NCBI GenBank assembly: GCA_964016885.1 | Contig: OZ024741.1 | Span: 51,956,001-52,020,000 of the forward strand | DNA: 64,000 bases | Origin: Eledone cirrhosa | Taxonomy: Eukaryota | Direction of reading: 5' to 3' | Shown: positions 39,455 to 51,098 of the stretch, in pieces | How the letters are laid out: every line of letters starts with the position of its first letter | Position numbering within the stretch: position 1 is the stretch's first letter | The notes under the pieces: generated by a model | What the model was told of the DNA's origin: nothing | The model's input: the letters and a program-made list of their open reading frames with translations, nothing else | Database searches by the model: none | Made by a program: the position numbers and the translations under genes

Positions 39455-40597
39455 ATTTATGTATGTTTACACACATGTATGTGTAGGTGTGTGTGTTTTC
39501 GTACTGATTGTTTTGTTGCTATTTAGCCTCACCTAATCCGTAATCATGCACACCTATGATCAATGATGCAGCTATGGTCATTTGCCCATTGATTTGTCTG
39601 ACCAGTGACGTATCTAGGATTATGTTAGTCAAATCCATTTCCTCTTTTACAAATCGGTTGTGTTATGGAGTACATATAGTGTTCATTTTCAGGTCTGAGA
39701 CAAACACTGTACCCTTCTTTATCTTCTGATCCAGTTATTTGGGATGAAACAAAGCAGACCTATGAACAAAAAGAATTCTAATAGTGCTCGCCCCTTCTTT
39801 CTATTTTTAGATATTTGAACATCTTGGTGACGTAAGCACTCTACCGATACTGCCACTCCATGGTAGTATATTCACACATTTACACGCATACAAACACACA
39901 CACAAATACACACATATATACACAAACACGCACACATACATTTCTGACTCAGACGCACACACCATATTCTAAAGGGTTTTCCTGTGACTTTCTCAATAAA
40001 TTATCGTACCCATATCTTAATGCACCCTCTGTTGTTGCTGTTGTTGTTGTTGTTGTTGTCACTTTCACTTCTTCTTCTCACTATGAGTGTGGTGTGTATA
40101 TGTGTAGGTGTCTATTTGTATATGTATGTATGTCTATGTGTGTTTGCGTGTGTGTGACGGATGTGCGTTTGTGTGAGTAACGTGTGTGTGTGTGTGTATC
40201 TGTCTAGGTATGTGTTTATGTTTGTATGTGGCGGATGTGCGTTTGAATATATGTGTGTATCCGTGGAAGTATGTGTCTGTGTGAGTGTGTGAGTGTATGT
40301 GTTTGTATATGACGGGTGTGCGTCTAAGTCAGAAATGTATGTGTGTGTGTATGTGTTTTTTCGCGTGTGTATTTGTGTGTGTGTATGTATGCGTGTATAT
40401 ATTTGTATGTCACGGCAGTGTTTGTTTGTGTAGGTGAATGTGTAGGTGTAGGTGTGTGTGTGTGCGTATACGTGTGGTTATGTAATGTTATGTGTGCATG
40501 TCTATGTGTGTGTGTATGTGTATGTATATGTATGTATGTGTGTGTGTATATATGTGTGTGTTGTGTGCGCGCGCGCGCAAGTGTATGTGTGTATGTG

Positions 40598-40800
40598 TGT
40601 ATGTGTGAACACTATAAATAGGTTGGGTAGATTAAACATTGAGACATGTTGATTCAATATTTTGAATTTCACAACCGATCCCACCCGAAACAATAACTTA
40701 CTGTTTGTTTCGGGTTGTATCAAATTACCGAAGAAATGGTATATTTATCAATGTCTGAATGTTTAATCTACTCAACCTATTTATAGTGCTCACACATACA
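40598..40800. repeat. Inverted repeat with internal hairpin ACCCGAAACAA...TTGTTTCGGGT
   Basis: Arms about 40598-40650 and 40748-40800, extending into TG/CA microsatellite. Confidence 0.7.
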
Positions 40801-41034
40801 TGTATACACTTGCGCGTACACACACAATACATACACACACACACAGCACATACATATACCCCCCCCCCCCATATATATATATAGGGAGTGTAACTTGGAG
40901 TTACTGCAGGTTCACCCGGGAGAGCACTCGATGTTTAGGTTCACTTCTGTGATGAGGTGTACAGCTATACAGAGTGTAATATATTGAAAGGATAACAAGG
41001 ACGATTGATTACTCCTTCATTACATTTATTGGTA

Positions 41035-41119
41035 GGTGACGCGCGTTTCGCCACTGATCAGCTCAAGGTTCGATCTGTATCGATCTTACCCGATTCTATA
41101 ATCGGCAGCTCGACGGACC
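41035..41119 (-). ncRNA. Degenerate type I HHR in a PLE pLTR
   Basis: GGT-CCGTCGA-G.TGCC...GGC-GAAAC-GCGC-GTC-ACC then AATAAA; core differs from consensus at positions 4 and 6. Confidence 0.5.
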
Positions 41120-41227
41120 CTTTAAAATGCTAGTAGAAGATGTATACATGCTATATGATAAAGTCAGAAGTTCATATGTTGGTCAATAAGGATTGTTTTG
41201 ATTGGTGGAATAGATCATAGGGATGTT

Positions 41228-41516
41228 TTCGCCTGTAGTGTGTGTGGGGGTGGATGTGATGATAAGATGGTGGTGACGGCCGAAGGCTGAGATGGGCTAT
41301 AGTGTGTGGGGGTGGTGGATTGTCTTTCGCCTGTAGTGTATGTGGGGGTGGATGTGATGATAAGATGGTGGTGACGGCCGAAGGCTGAGATGGGCTATAG
41401 TGTGTGGGGGTGGTGGATTGTCTTTCGCCTGTAGTGTATGTGGGGGTGGATGTGATGATAAGATGGTGGTGACGGTCGCTGGTTAGGATGGGCTGTAGTG
41501 TGGGGGTAGTGGATGG
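41228..41516. repeat. 98-bp tandem repeat, about 3 copies
   Basis: TTCGCCTGTAGTG... units start at 41228, 41326 and 41424. Confidence 0.9.
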
Positions 41517-42194
41517 TAGGTAGACAGATTGGCGTATATTTGTGGCTGATTATTGCGTGTGTTGTGGGTGTGGTGTTTATGGTGATGTGGTGGATGTGTT
41601 GGTGGTGTCAAATCATTATCCTTTCAATATATATATAAATATATATATTCACAAACATACATATATATATATATATATATGCATGTTTGTGGTTTTTCTC
41701 GCATATATATATATTTATTTAATACATATATTTAATACATTAACAGAGAAAGCTTTAAGCAATACTCTGACTGGCTTCCATCTCACTCAACAAACATTAG
41801 GATATACCTTAGTATAATCCCAATTTTACGTTTGGGGTGCTAACTATATGTATTTTGCGGATAGCCAGTTGTATTATTTTATATGAGACATAATTAAAAT
41901 ACATCTCCCTTTCCAAACAATTGTTTCATTATAAGTTTTCTACAAGTTGGGAGAATTATGTCCAGGTTATGTAGAAGCCTACACATAGTCCGTAGGAATA
42001 TATGCAGGTGGGCACTTATAAATCATGAGTGGATGCCCGTCAAACATCGATATAAAAAAAATGTTCTTACCGATATCCAATGTTCAGCGATGGTCACCTT
42101 CCGTGTCAGAATGACCGCCAAATTTGAAATTCCAGCAGTCTCAGAATGAGAAATTTCACACTGTCATCAAGCGGAAAGGGGAGGTCATCGCAAA

Positions 42195-42236
<42 letters not shown>

Positions 42237-42274
42237 GAAAAGTATAGAAATTATAGTAGCAAGAAGCCAACAGT

Positions 42275-42332
<58 letters not shown>

Positions 42333-42376
42333 AAAAGAGAAATATATATATATATATGTATATTTGTGGTTTTTCT

Positions 42377-42449
<73 letters not shown>

Positions 42450-42494
42450 GCGAGAAAAACCACAAATATACATATATATATATATTTCTCTTTT

Positions 42495-42530
<36 letters not shown>

Positions 42531-42535
<5 letters not shown>

Positions 42536-42891
42536 AAAAATTGAACGGGAACAAAACAGAGAGGCAGTACGAACAAAGGTTTATTAGTTTCACGCTCTTG
42601 AGAGTGGGGTGGTGGTGGGGAACGACGTTTCGGGCATAAGCCCTTCTTCAGGTGAAAAGTGTGTGGGAAGAGAGTTCCAAGGGTGTGTAGGGGAGTGGTG
42701 GAGAGACATATAGAAAAAAGGGGGTGAGAGGAAACGGTACAAATGAAATTAAATATAAAGGCATGCTCAAAATAAAATTAAAAATGCACATGGAGTAAAA
42801 CAGGTGGTGGAAGGGTGTGGGGGTGGAGTGGGGAGAGGGAGACGGGGTGTCCGAGCGGGGAGGGCTGAAGGTCGTGTGTGTGCGTAGGTGT

Positions 42892-42980
<89 letters not shown>

Positions 42981-44452
42981 TAACAGTTGGGGGAAGAACG
43001 GGGTTGCATGTTCAGGAAGAGGTGTGTGTGGGGTGAAGTGTAGGTCGGAGTGTGTATGCGTGTGTGGATAGAGGGGCTGGGGGGAGAGGATTCTGGAGGC
43101 TGAATGTGTAAATATGTGGTGGTACGCACGTGTGTGTGTGGTGTTTATGCGTGTTGTGGATGTAGGTGGCGTGTGGGGAAAAAAAATTTTTTGGGTGTAT
43201 GTCCGAGGGTGAGTCGTTAAGGTAATTCCGTAAAAGGATGTGGTGGAATGCTGAGTAATATGTGGTGGATTCTCGGGATCAAGGTTCACATATGTGTAAT
43301 CCGTGAAGAGATTGGTCGGAAGAGGGGAGATGTGGGGTGCGCGCGCAACAGGAAGTGGTCAGAGGGTCAAGGCAGGAGGAGGGTTGTGTGGTTGTGTGTC
43401 TGTGTGTGCGGAGAGGTGGCAGAGATTCAGGGGGGCATAGCAGCAGTCGGGCAGAATGGTAGGTGAAGAAAGTCGGTGTGCCAGTGTGTGCGGAGGTGTG
43501 GTGGACAGGAGAGAGAATGGGTAGGTGTGAAAGTTGAAGTGAGGAGGGGGGGGCGTATTAGTAGAGGTGTTAGTGGGATGTGTGTGTGTTTGAGAAAGGG
43601 TGTGGGTGGAGCGGGGAGAGAAGGGTGTGGGGCGGATGGAGGGAGTGTAGTGTACTGGTGTGTGTGTGTGCGTGTTTGGATGCGTGTGTGTGTGGTGAAG
43701 GGGATGTTAGTGGGTGTTAGTATACGGGAGGTGGAGAAAGGGTTGAATGCGGGTGTGAGTGGGGGTCAGTGGTGGTAGGGTGTGTAGAGTGGGTGGTGTA
43801 AGAGGGTGTGTGTAGGGTTGGGGGTGTTAGTGATGTTAGTTGCGTGTAGAGTGGGTGGTGTAAGTGGGTGTGTGTGTTCGTGTGCTTGGAGTCGGGGGTG
43901 TTAGTGATGTTAGTTGCGGGGTGGTGGGGTGGATGTGTGGGGGTGAGGGTTGGTGGTGGTAGTAGGGTGTGTGTTTAGTGTGAGCGCGTGTACCGGTGGG
44001 TGTGTGCGTGTGATAAGGAGGGGGGGAGGAGAAGAAGGGAGGGATGTTAGTATGTTAGTTGTGGAAGGGTGGTCGGATGTGGGGTGGAGGTATTAGTATT
44101 GTTAGTTGTGGGGTGGGTGGTAAAAAGGAGGGGTGTGTTAGTGATGTTAGTGGGGGATATGTGTGGGGGAGGGGGGCGGTCGAAGGCTAAAGGAATAAGG
44201 GTGGGGAGTTCAGGCCGGGGGAAGTGTGGGTCTGTAGGGTGAAGATGGTTCGTTGTTGGACCCTGAGGAGTGTGGCGGGTGTTCCGTGGCATTGGAGTAG
44301 GCTACAGACTGTGAGGTGGTGTGCGGAATGTCCAAGGGCACCAAAGTGGCGGGCGATGGGGGAACTACCACCGAGACCAATATCCCGGAATGTGTTTAGT
44401 AAATCTGTCCGCCAGGCGACGTCCAGTCGAAGTTCGTAGACTAGGTTGGAAT
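42531..44452 (-). mobile_element. PLE 3' part: GIY-YIG remnant, CA-rich region, HHR core
   Basis: STGRRLADRFTKH / RDI..PIARHF..GHS..HLTV..QQRTIFTLQTHTSPGLN (frameshifted); HHR core 42624-42651; (TA)n flanks. Confidence 0.82.
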
Positions 44453-44816
44453 ACATATATTACATATATATATATATATGCGAGAAAAATCACAAACCTA
44501 CACATATATAGAATAAAAGAGAAAACACAGGTAAGCATTAAAAAAGGGATTTTATCCAAGAATTTACGACCGTTTCATTGGTAAGCGCAACCTTATATCG
44601 CTATACTGCAAATAGCAGCCACTCCATAATAACTTATTCACCTCCAAATTTTCAAAATAATGAATAAGTTACTTGTAAAAGCTTCTTAATATAAAAAAAA
44701 AACATTTTTTAAAAATCGTATTTACTATATAGAAAGAGAGGAAGGGGGGGGGGGGGAAGAATTAGGAAGTAGAGGGACAAACGGGGATGGAGGGAGGAGT
44801 AAAGATGGAAGGATAC

Positions 44817-44921
<105 letters not shown>

Positions 44922-44928
44922 CATATAT

Positions 44929-44985
<57 letters not shown>

Positions 44986-45016
44986 AATATATATATATAC
45001 ATATACATACATATAT

Positions 45017-45123
<107 letters not shown>

Positions 45124-45238
45124 TATATATATATAAAACAAGACCACAAATTTCACAAGGAACACATTATTTAATAATTGTCAACATAGTTGTAGTTTAA
45201 TGTGAGGAATGAGGAGTGTAAATATAGTTTAATGTAAG

Positions 45239-45298
<60 letters not shown>

Positions 45299-45546
45299 TT
45301 TCTTTATTAACCACAAGGGTTTACATAAAGTAGACATTAAGGACAGTGCAGGACAATGCAGGACGGTACAAATGGGCATTTCTGCGTGTAAAAAACAAAA
45401 ACAGAGGATGTAACAAAAAATAACAATGAAAAATTCCCCAATAGGGGGGAGACTTCGGAGGGACATTTGTGGAGAAAGCCCAGTAAAAAGCCACAATGAC
45501 CCTGACCACCAAGGCAAGTGCCCTCTCCCAGTTTTCCACCTTTAGT

Positions 45547-48500
45547 TTACAGATATATACTCAGAGTCGGCCCATTCACTCGGGCCATTCTTGCTTCTCT
45601 CACCCATCTTTCAACAAAATGCTGGGAAGAGAGCACTTCCTTCTCTACTCTGATTTTCCTTTTCAAATGAAATTTGAAAAAGTCAATCAGAGCATCACCG
45701 AAGAGGTAAGTGCTCGTCTTCAGCCCTTTCAAACGTGTCCACCATACTATCTCTTTCGCCATGGCCACCAGACAGATAAAAACTGCCTGCCCTTCCCGGC
45801 TAAAGGAGGAGGGCGGGGCAATCCTCACGATAGACTCAGATGATAGCTGGATCCGTCCTAAACGCGACAGCAGGTGTTCGACATAAACCCACAAGTCAGC
45901 AATTTTCGGACACTGGACGAGTGCGTGCAGGACGGTTTCGTCGCCCTGCGCGCATCTCGGACATGCCCGGCTGACGGCACCTCCATGCCTGTAGAGTTTA
46001 TCCCGAACTGGCAAGGCTCCTCGGTAGCACTGCCAGGCCAGAGATTTCTGGAAGTTGTCCATAGGCCCCGGCCCGAAAGTTCTTCCGAAGAGATTGGCTA
46101 GTTGATTTTCGTCGACGCCTAGAGTTTCCCCAAGTACGTCGTCGCTCTTCCCCTCCACTAATCCTCTATAGAACGCCGAGGTGGAGTTTCCACCGATCAC
46201 ATTGCCCGATTGGTCGAGGGCTGTGAGCGCCTGAAGACATTCCAGTCTCCAGGCGCTCCCTCTCGGTCTTCGCTTGACCCAGGACTGCAGCTCCGTCAAG
46301 GAAACGAGCTGGGGAAAAACGCGTCTAGCAAACGGCGACCACACCTGATAACCGTCGAGGAAGAGGTGGAGATGTCGTAGCCTGAGCGCGTGCCTGCGCA
46401 TCATCAGCCACGGCATGCCCAGCCCTCCACGTAGCGGGTGTTGACAACAGATGGGCCGCCTGACCATCGGAGCACGTCCCTTCCACAAAAAGCGAAAGAG
46501 CAAACGCTCCAGCGCAGTCAGGCGAGGCTTAGGACAAGGTACGACGGTTAGGCGGTAGCAGATGACAGACGCGATGTACGCGTTAGCCACCTCCGCTCGA
46601 CCGTTCAGGGATAGCTTCCTCTCCGCCCATTTCTGGGTGAGAGAAGCCACCCTGCTCGTCACCTCGTCCCAGTTTTTGTCCGTCTGGAGGTCCGGACCGA
46701 ACCAGACCCCTAGCAATTTAACCGGTCCGTCCGTCCAGCGCCCGACGACGCTGTTGGACGGCATGGACCTGCCTCTCCAGGTGCCGAGCTGCAGGCCCAC
46801 TGACTTTTCCTGGTTGATCATTGCTCCTATCACCGCTTCGTATTCTCTTAGTGTAGTGCCGATCGCCTCGATGTGTTTGGCGTTCGACACCACTACGGTG
46901 ACATCGTCCGCATATGCTGACACGGATCTTCCGCATCCTAGTTCGCGCGGGACTCCCCTCAACGTCTCCAGTTTGTGCAGTAATGGCTCGAGAGTCAATA
47001 CGTACAAGAGGGACGAGAGGGGACATCCTTGGCGGACCGAGCGCATGATGTTGAACGGTTCCGACAGGTGACCGTTCACTCTCACCACAGAGCAGATGTC
47101 GCTGTGCATGGCAGCGATCCAGCCTCTGAAGACGGGCCCAAAGCCAGCCGCCCTCAGGACTGCCGCTAGGTAACGGTGGTCGACCCTATCGAAAGCTTTC
47201 GACTGATCTAAATTGATCAAGGACCCACCCGTGCCAGGTTCCCTAGCTACCCTCTCTACGATGTATCGCATGAGGTGGAGGTTGTCGTGGATGGATCTGT
47301 CGGGAATGGCGCATGTCTGCGCCTCTCCCACCAGACCACCAACGACAAGCGCCAACCTCTTTGCTAGCACCTTGGCCAAAATCTTAAACTCTGTGTTTAG
47401 CAGAGTTATGGGCCGGAAATTGTCTATGTTATCCCCCTTGTTCGGATCCTTTCTCAGCAGTGCCACCGCTCCTCGGCTCACAGAACTGGGAATTCTCCCG
47501 TTCTGTTGCCAGTTGCAGTAGACGTCCGCCAAGAGGCCTCCGAACAAGTCTGGCATCTGTACGTAAAGTTCATAGGGCAGACCATCCAAACCAGGCGATT
47601 TACCCCTTGTGCAGCCAGTCATTGCCTCCCGTACTTCAGCGGCTGTTATCGGCTTTTCGCAACACCTCGCCTCAGTGGCCGAGAGCCGCGGCAGTCCGTC
47701 GAGGTAGACACTAAAGTCCATCCCTCTACCCGGCCCCCCGCTGCCCCCGAACAGCTGAGCGAAGTGTCGCTGAAAAGCTTCACACATTTGCCCGGGATCG
47801 AGTAGCATGCGCCCGTCGTGGTCCACCAAAGACCGGATCGTGGCTTTGTTGCCACGACGCGCCTCCGCCACTCGGGCCCATTGAACGGCTTTCGTCCCCT
47901 CGTGTCTGAGAGCACGCACCCTAGCTCTGACAACGCAGCCTTCGTGCTTTGCATTGAAGAATTGGTCAAGGGCCAATTTCGCCGCAAGCACGTCGGTCGC
48001 AATGCCTTTGCTAAGCGCCTCGTCTAATTTTCTAACTAGTTCTCCCTCTGCTCTATTTTTCTCTATTGCTAAAGCCTTACTAAACCTAATCGATTCTATT
48101 CTAATCGCTCTTTTCAGAGCAAACCACCACTTGTTGTTGACGATGGCCCCCGTCAACGCCCGCTTAACTAGTTCGCTAATCCGGTCTCTGTAGGCCTTGC
48201 GCGCTGGTAAGGACGCGTTTAGCTTCCAGTAGCCGGGTCCTCGTCTATGAAGCCTATCTAAGTCAAGCACACAGGTCACGAATTTGTGGTCCGTGTAGCT
48301 GACTATCTTGAATTGTGGACAGCCTATGCTAGACCTATCTATTTCCCTACAAAATACTCTATCTAGATATGATCTGGATGACCCTATGCGGTTTGTCCAA
48401 GTCCACATTGGCACATTCGGGAAATCCAATCGGTACCTGTCAGACAGTTCAAAACGCCTGAGCAGGTTGGTGAGGCTCTTGCACCCTCCACCCCTATCCG

Positions 48501-48966
48501 CTAATCCCACACAGTCCCAGCGTGCATCTAAGATCCCGTTCCAGTCGCCCACTAACACTAAAGAGCGGGACGTTCCAAGAAAGGTCTCCAGACGCCGGAA
48601 GAAATCAGGCCGCCCTGCTCCTGTCGGGGCATAGACGGCCACTAGCCTGAAAGCTTGCCCGTCTCTGCTGGTCACGTCCAGCACCACCAGCTTACCCTCT
48701 GGGTCCAGGAAGATGGCCCGTATGGCGAGATCCAAACCTCTCCGAAAAAGCACAGCAACTCCTCCACCCGATCCAGGACGGCTGGGAGATGCGTACACAT
48801 CGTAGCCGCCGAAGATCGGTGCGAAGGCCCGTTCTTCGGAGATTCTGGTCTCGCTGATGGCCACTACATCTATGTTTAGTGACCTGAGGTCGTTGAGCAG
48901 GTGACCCTGCTTCCATGACGACCCCAAGCCACGCGCATTTATGCTGCCTATTCTGAGTGAGGTCAT
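45547..48966 (-). CDS. Tx1 ORF2, 1139 aa (APE-RT-CCHC), intact
   Basis: Same motifs as copy A; about 45 aa differences by manual count. Confidence 0.96.
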   Translation of the reverse strand: MTSLRIGSINARGLGSSWKQGHLLNDLRSLNIDVVAISETRISEERAFAPIFGGYDVYASPSRPGSGGGVAVLFRRGLDLAIRAIFLDPEGKLVVLDVTSRDGQAFRLVAVYAPTGAGRPDFFRRLETFLGTSRSLVLVGDWNGILDARWDCVGLADRGGGCKSLTNLLRRFELSDRYRLDFPNVPMWTWTNRIGSSRSYLDRVFCREIDRSSIGCPQFKIVSYTDHKFVTCVLDLDRLHRRGPGYWKLNASLPARKAYRDRISELVKRALTGAIVNNKWWFALKRAIRIESIRFSKALAIEKNRAEGELVRKLDEALSKGIATDVLAAKLALDQFFNAKHEGCVVRARVRALRHEGTKAVQWARVAEARRGNKATIRSLVDHDGRMLLDPGQMCEAFQRHFAQLFGGSGGPGRGMDFSVYLDGLPRLSATEARCCEKPITAAEVREAMTGCTRGKSPGLDGLPYELYVQMPDLFGGLLADVYCNWQQNGRIPSSVSRGAVALLRKDPNKGDNIDNFRPITLLNTEFKILAKVLAKRLALVVGGLVGEAQTCAIPDRSIHDNLHLMRYIVERVAREPGTGGSLINLDQSKAFDRVDHRYLAAVLRAAGFGPVFRGWIAAMHSDICSVVRVNGHLSEPFNIMRSVRQGCPLSSLLYVLTLEPLLHKLETLRGVPRELGCGRSVSAYADDVTVVVSNAKHIEAIGTTLREYEAVIGAMINQEKSVGLQLGTWRGRSMPSNSVVGRWTDGPVKLLGVWFGPDLQTDKNWDEVTSRVASLTQKWAERKLSLNGRAEVANAYIASVICYRLTVVPCPKPRLTALERLLFRFLWKGRAPMVRRPICCQHPLRGGLGMPWLMMRRHALRLRHLHLFLDGYQVWSPFARRVFPQLVSLTELQSWVKRRPRGSAWRLECLQALTALDQSGNVIGGNSTSAFYRGLVEGKSDDVLGETLGVDENQLANLFGRTFGPGPMDNFQKSLAWQCYRGALPVRDKLYRHGGAVSRACPRCAQGDETVLHALVQCPKIADLWVYVEHLLSRLGRIQLSSESIVRIAPPSSFSREGQAVFICLVAMAKEIVWWTRLKGLKTSTYLFGDALIDFFKFHLKRKIRVEKEVLSSQHFVERWVREARMARVNGPTLSIYL

Positions 48967-49001
48967 GTTTAAAATAGAGTGGAACAGATGGGAAAGACCA
49001 C

Positions 49002-51098
49002 TTACCGTACTTTTGGTAGAGGAGGGATGGTTTTTACATCCCTTTTCACTTGATCGTCTGGTGAAGGGACCGTTGAATCGTCCCTTCGGCTGGACGTCGG
49101 CTCTTCTAAGAGAATGTCTGAGTATACTCTTCGATTGATGGTTCCTCCTAGGTCCCTGAAATCACCAACTGCGTTGGGGAATTTCGTTTTAATGTTTGTG
49201 TATTGTTTCTGTGCTATTTTTAGCAGTCTTATGTTAGTTGGCGTTTTGATTGGTGCTGGTATTATGTAGTCCTGTTGTGAAATGTCTGTGTGTTCAATTA
49301 TGTAAGTCATTAGTTTCTTGTTGTGTGTATTTATTGCCGTGCATTTGTTTTTCTGGGGGTGGGGTGTGGTTCTGCTATTTTCTTGTCGTTGTTGCTGGGT
49401 GTGTGTGTTTTGTTGTTGTGTTTGCGATGTTGGTGCTTGTGGTGGTGGTGTTGAAGGTGTTGTTGGCGGTGGGGTTGTCGCCGGTGGTGATGGTGGTGCT
49501 AGTGTGGGTGGTGATGGTGTTGGTGTTGTTGCTGCTGTGGGTCTCTTTGCAGTAGACTTTACCCTTTTCTCATTTCTTTCCTCCCTTTTCAAAGGCGACG
49601 ATGCGCTGCTTCTGCGTTTGTGCCTTCTTACGACCTTTTGCCATCTCTCTCCCACCTCACACTCCATGTCTGATTCTGTGAGGTCGGGGAGGGGTACCAA
49701 CTCCACTCTTTCACTTGTTGTTGTTGGTGATGTTTGCACTGGAGTCTCTGTTGCAGCTGCATTTGGTATTGCTGTTGTTGTTGTTAGTATTTCCACTGCT
49801 GCTGCTGTTTTTGATTTCCGTGGAGTGGGTATGGGTGCCACGGGCCTATCGTTCCTGGTTGCCGCTTGTCCTGTTGCTGGTAGCCGTGGAGCCGGATTCG
49901 GAAGGAGGGGGGTTTTCTCCTTTCTCAGGGTCTTCTCGTTGCAGAAGGCCCTGAGGTGAGTCTTCGATCCACAGCGAAAGCATTTCGGGCGTTTGCCCTC
50001 AACACTTATGGGCAGTTGAGTGCCGTTATCGAAGTCTATCACATCCGGGATAGCTTCGATGCACTCCTGGTTGGTTTGGATTAGCATCTCAATGGAGGAG
50101 CCGACCCAATCTTCTCTTACTTTTTTCTGTACTTGCAGTACAGTTGTTTTGTCCTCGATTCCGACGAGGACAGACGCGGCCAGCCAAGAAGGGGTCATTC
50201 CGGGGGGGACGTGGGTCAGTTTGACCCTCACAATTTTTTGCCCACAGTAGGAGGGCACCAACACCATTTCCTCGCTCCTTAGTGTCACTACTGATTGGGC
50301 CTTTGCCTCCTGGGGTGTGGCAAAAAGTACGTCTACGGTGGCATATTTTTTGCCTCGGGTGATGTGCGTTTTCCGCTGCCACACAGACCCCAAGGCTTTT
50401 TGTATTTGGGCCTCTGTGGCTCTTTCCACCCTACGGGATTTTGTACTTACTGTACGGTACGTGACCGTACAGTGCTCTTGGGTTTCGAAAAATTTTTCCG
50501 CTGCCTTGCAGATTGCTCGGTGTCCGTTCTTTGTCACCATCTTCTTCGCTTCCTCTAATTCCTCATTTGTTATGAGGATTGTTTCCAAGTTTTTCGCAAT
50601 ACCTGCAAATGAGATTGGTTTTTCTCTGCTGTTGTTGTTGTCGTCAGAGCTGCTGGTACTTTTGTTGTTGCTGCAGGTACTACGACTACTGCCTCCGCCG
50701 CTTTTGCTGTGGTTGTTGTTGGTGTTGCTGCTGCTAATGCTGTTGTTGTTTATGCTGCTGGTGATGCTGTTGCGGCTGCTACTGTTGTTTTCATTGTCAC
50801 TGTTGCTGTTGTTATTACGGCTGCTACTGCTATTATTCCTGACGTCAGACGAATGAACTGGGTTTTCGTATTTCCCGCACACCTGTTTCTTCGCTGTCGT
50901 CGTCGTCGTGGAGAAACCTTGCACGCTTTGCACGAGACTTTTCTTTTCTTTCGTCACTTGCGAAAGAGAAGGGAGGGAGATAGACACATTTAAAGAAGGG
51001 AGGGAGAGAGACAATCTTCTCTCTGCTGTAGTGATGATTGAGGAAGAAGAAGACGGAATGAGTGGGAGTGACGTATGAAATTTCTTTTTCGTAGCCAT
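49002..51098 (-). CDS. Tx1 ORF1, 698 aa, intact (Ser/Asn-rich N-terminus, RRM-like core, CCHC knuckle, Pro/Thr-rich tail)
   Basis: RPKCFRCGSKTHLRAFC; core homologous to copy A/B ORF1 (LVPSYCGQ, THVPP). Confidence 0.92.
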   Translation of the reverse strand: MATKKKFHTSLPLIPSSSSSIITTAERRLSLSLPSLNVSISLPSLSQVTKEKKSLVQSVQGFSTTTTTAKKQVCGKYENPVHSSDVRNNSSSSRNNNSNSDNENNSSSRNSITSSINNNSISSSNTNNNHSKSGGGSSRSTCSNNKSTSSSDDNNNSREKPISFAGIAKNLETILITNEELEEAKKMVTKNGHRAICKAAEKFFETQEHCTVTYRTVSTKSRRVERATEAQIQKALGSVWQRKTHITRGKKYATVDVLFATPQEAKAQSVVTLRSEEMVLVPSYCGQKIVRVKLTHVPPGMTPSWLAASVLVGIEDKTTVLQVQKKVREDWVGSSIEMLIQTNQECIEAIPDVIDFDNGTQLPISVEGKRPKCFRCGSKTHLRAFCNEKTLRKEKTPLLPNPAPRLPATGQAATRNDRPVAPIPTPRKSKTAAAVEILTTTTAIPNAAATETPVQTSPTTTSERVELVPLPDLTESDMECEVGERWQKVVRRHKRRSSASSPLKREERNEKRVKSTAKRPTAATTPTPSPPTLAPPSPPATTPPPTTPSTPPPQAPTSQTQQQNTHTQQQRQENSRTTPHPQKNKCTAINTHNKKLMTYIIEHTDISQQDYIIPAPIKTPTNIRLLKIAQKQYTNIKTKFPNAVGDFRDLGGTINRRVYSDILLEEPTSSRRDDSTVPSPDDQVKRDVKTIPPLPKVR

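Noticed and set aside
41228-41516. CRISPR array
   Set aside because: Eukaryotic context, whole-unit tandem repeat without unique spacers, no cas genes.
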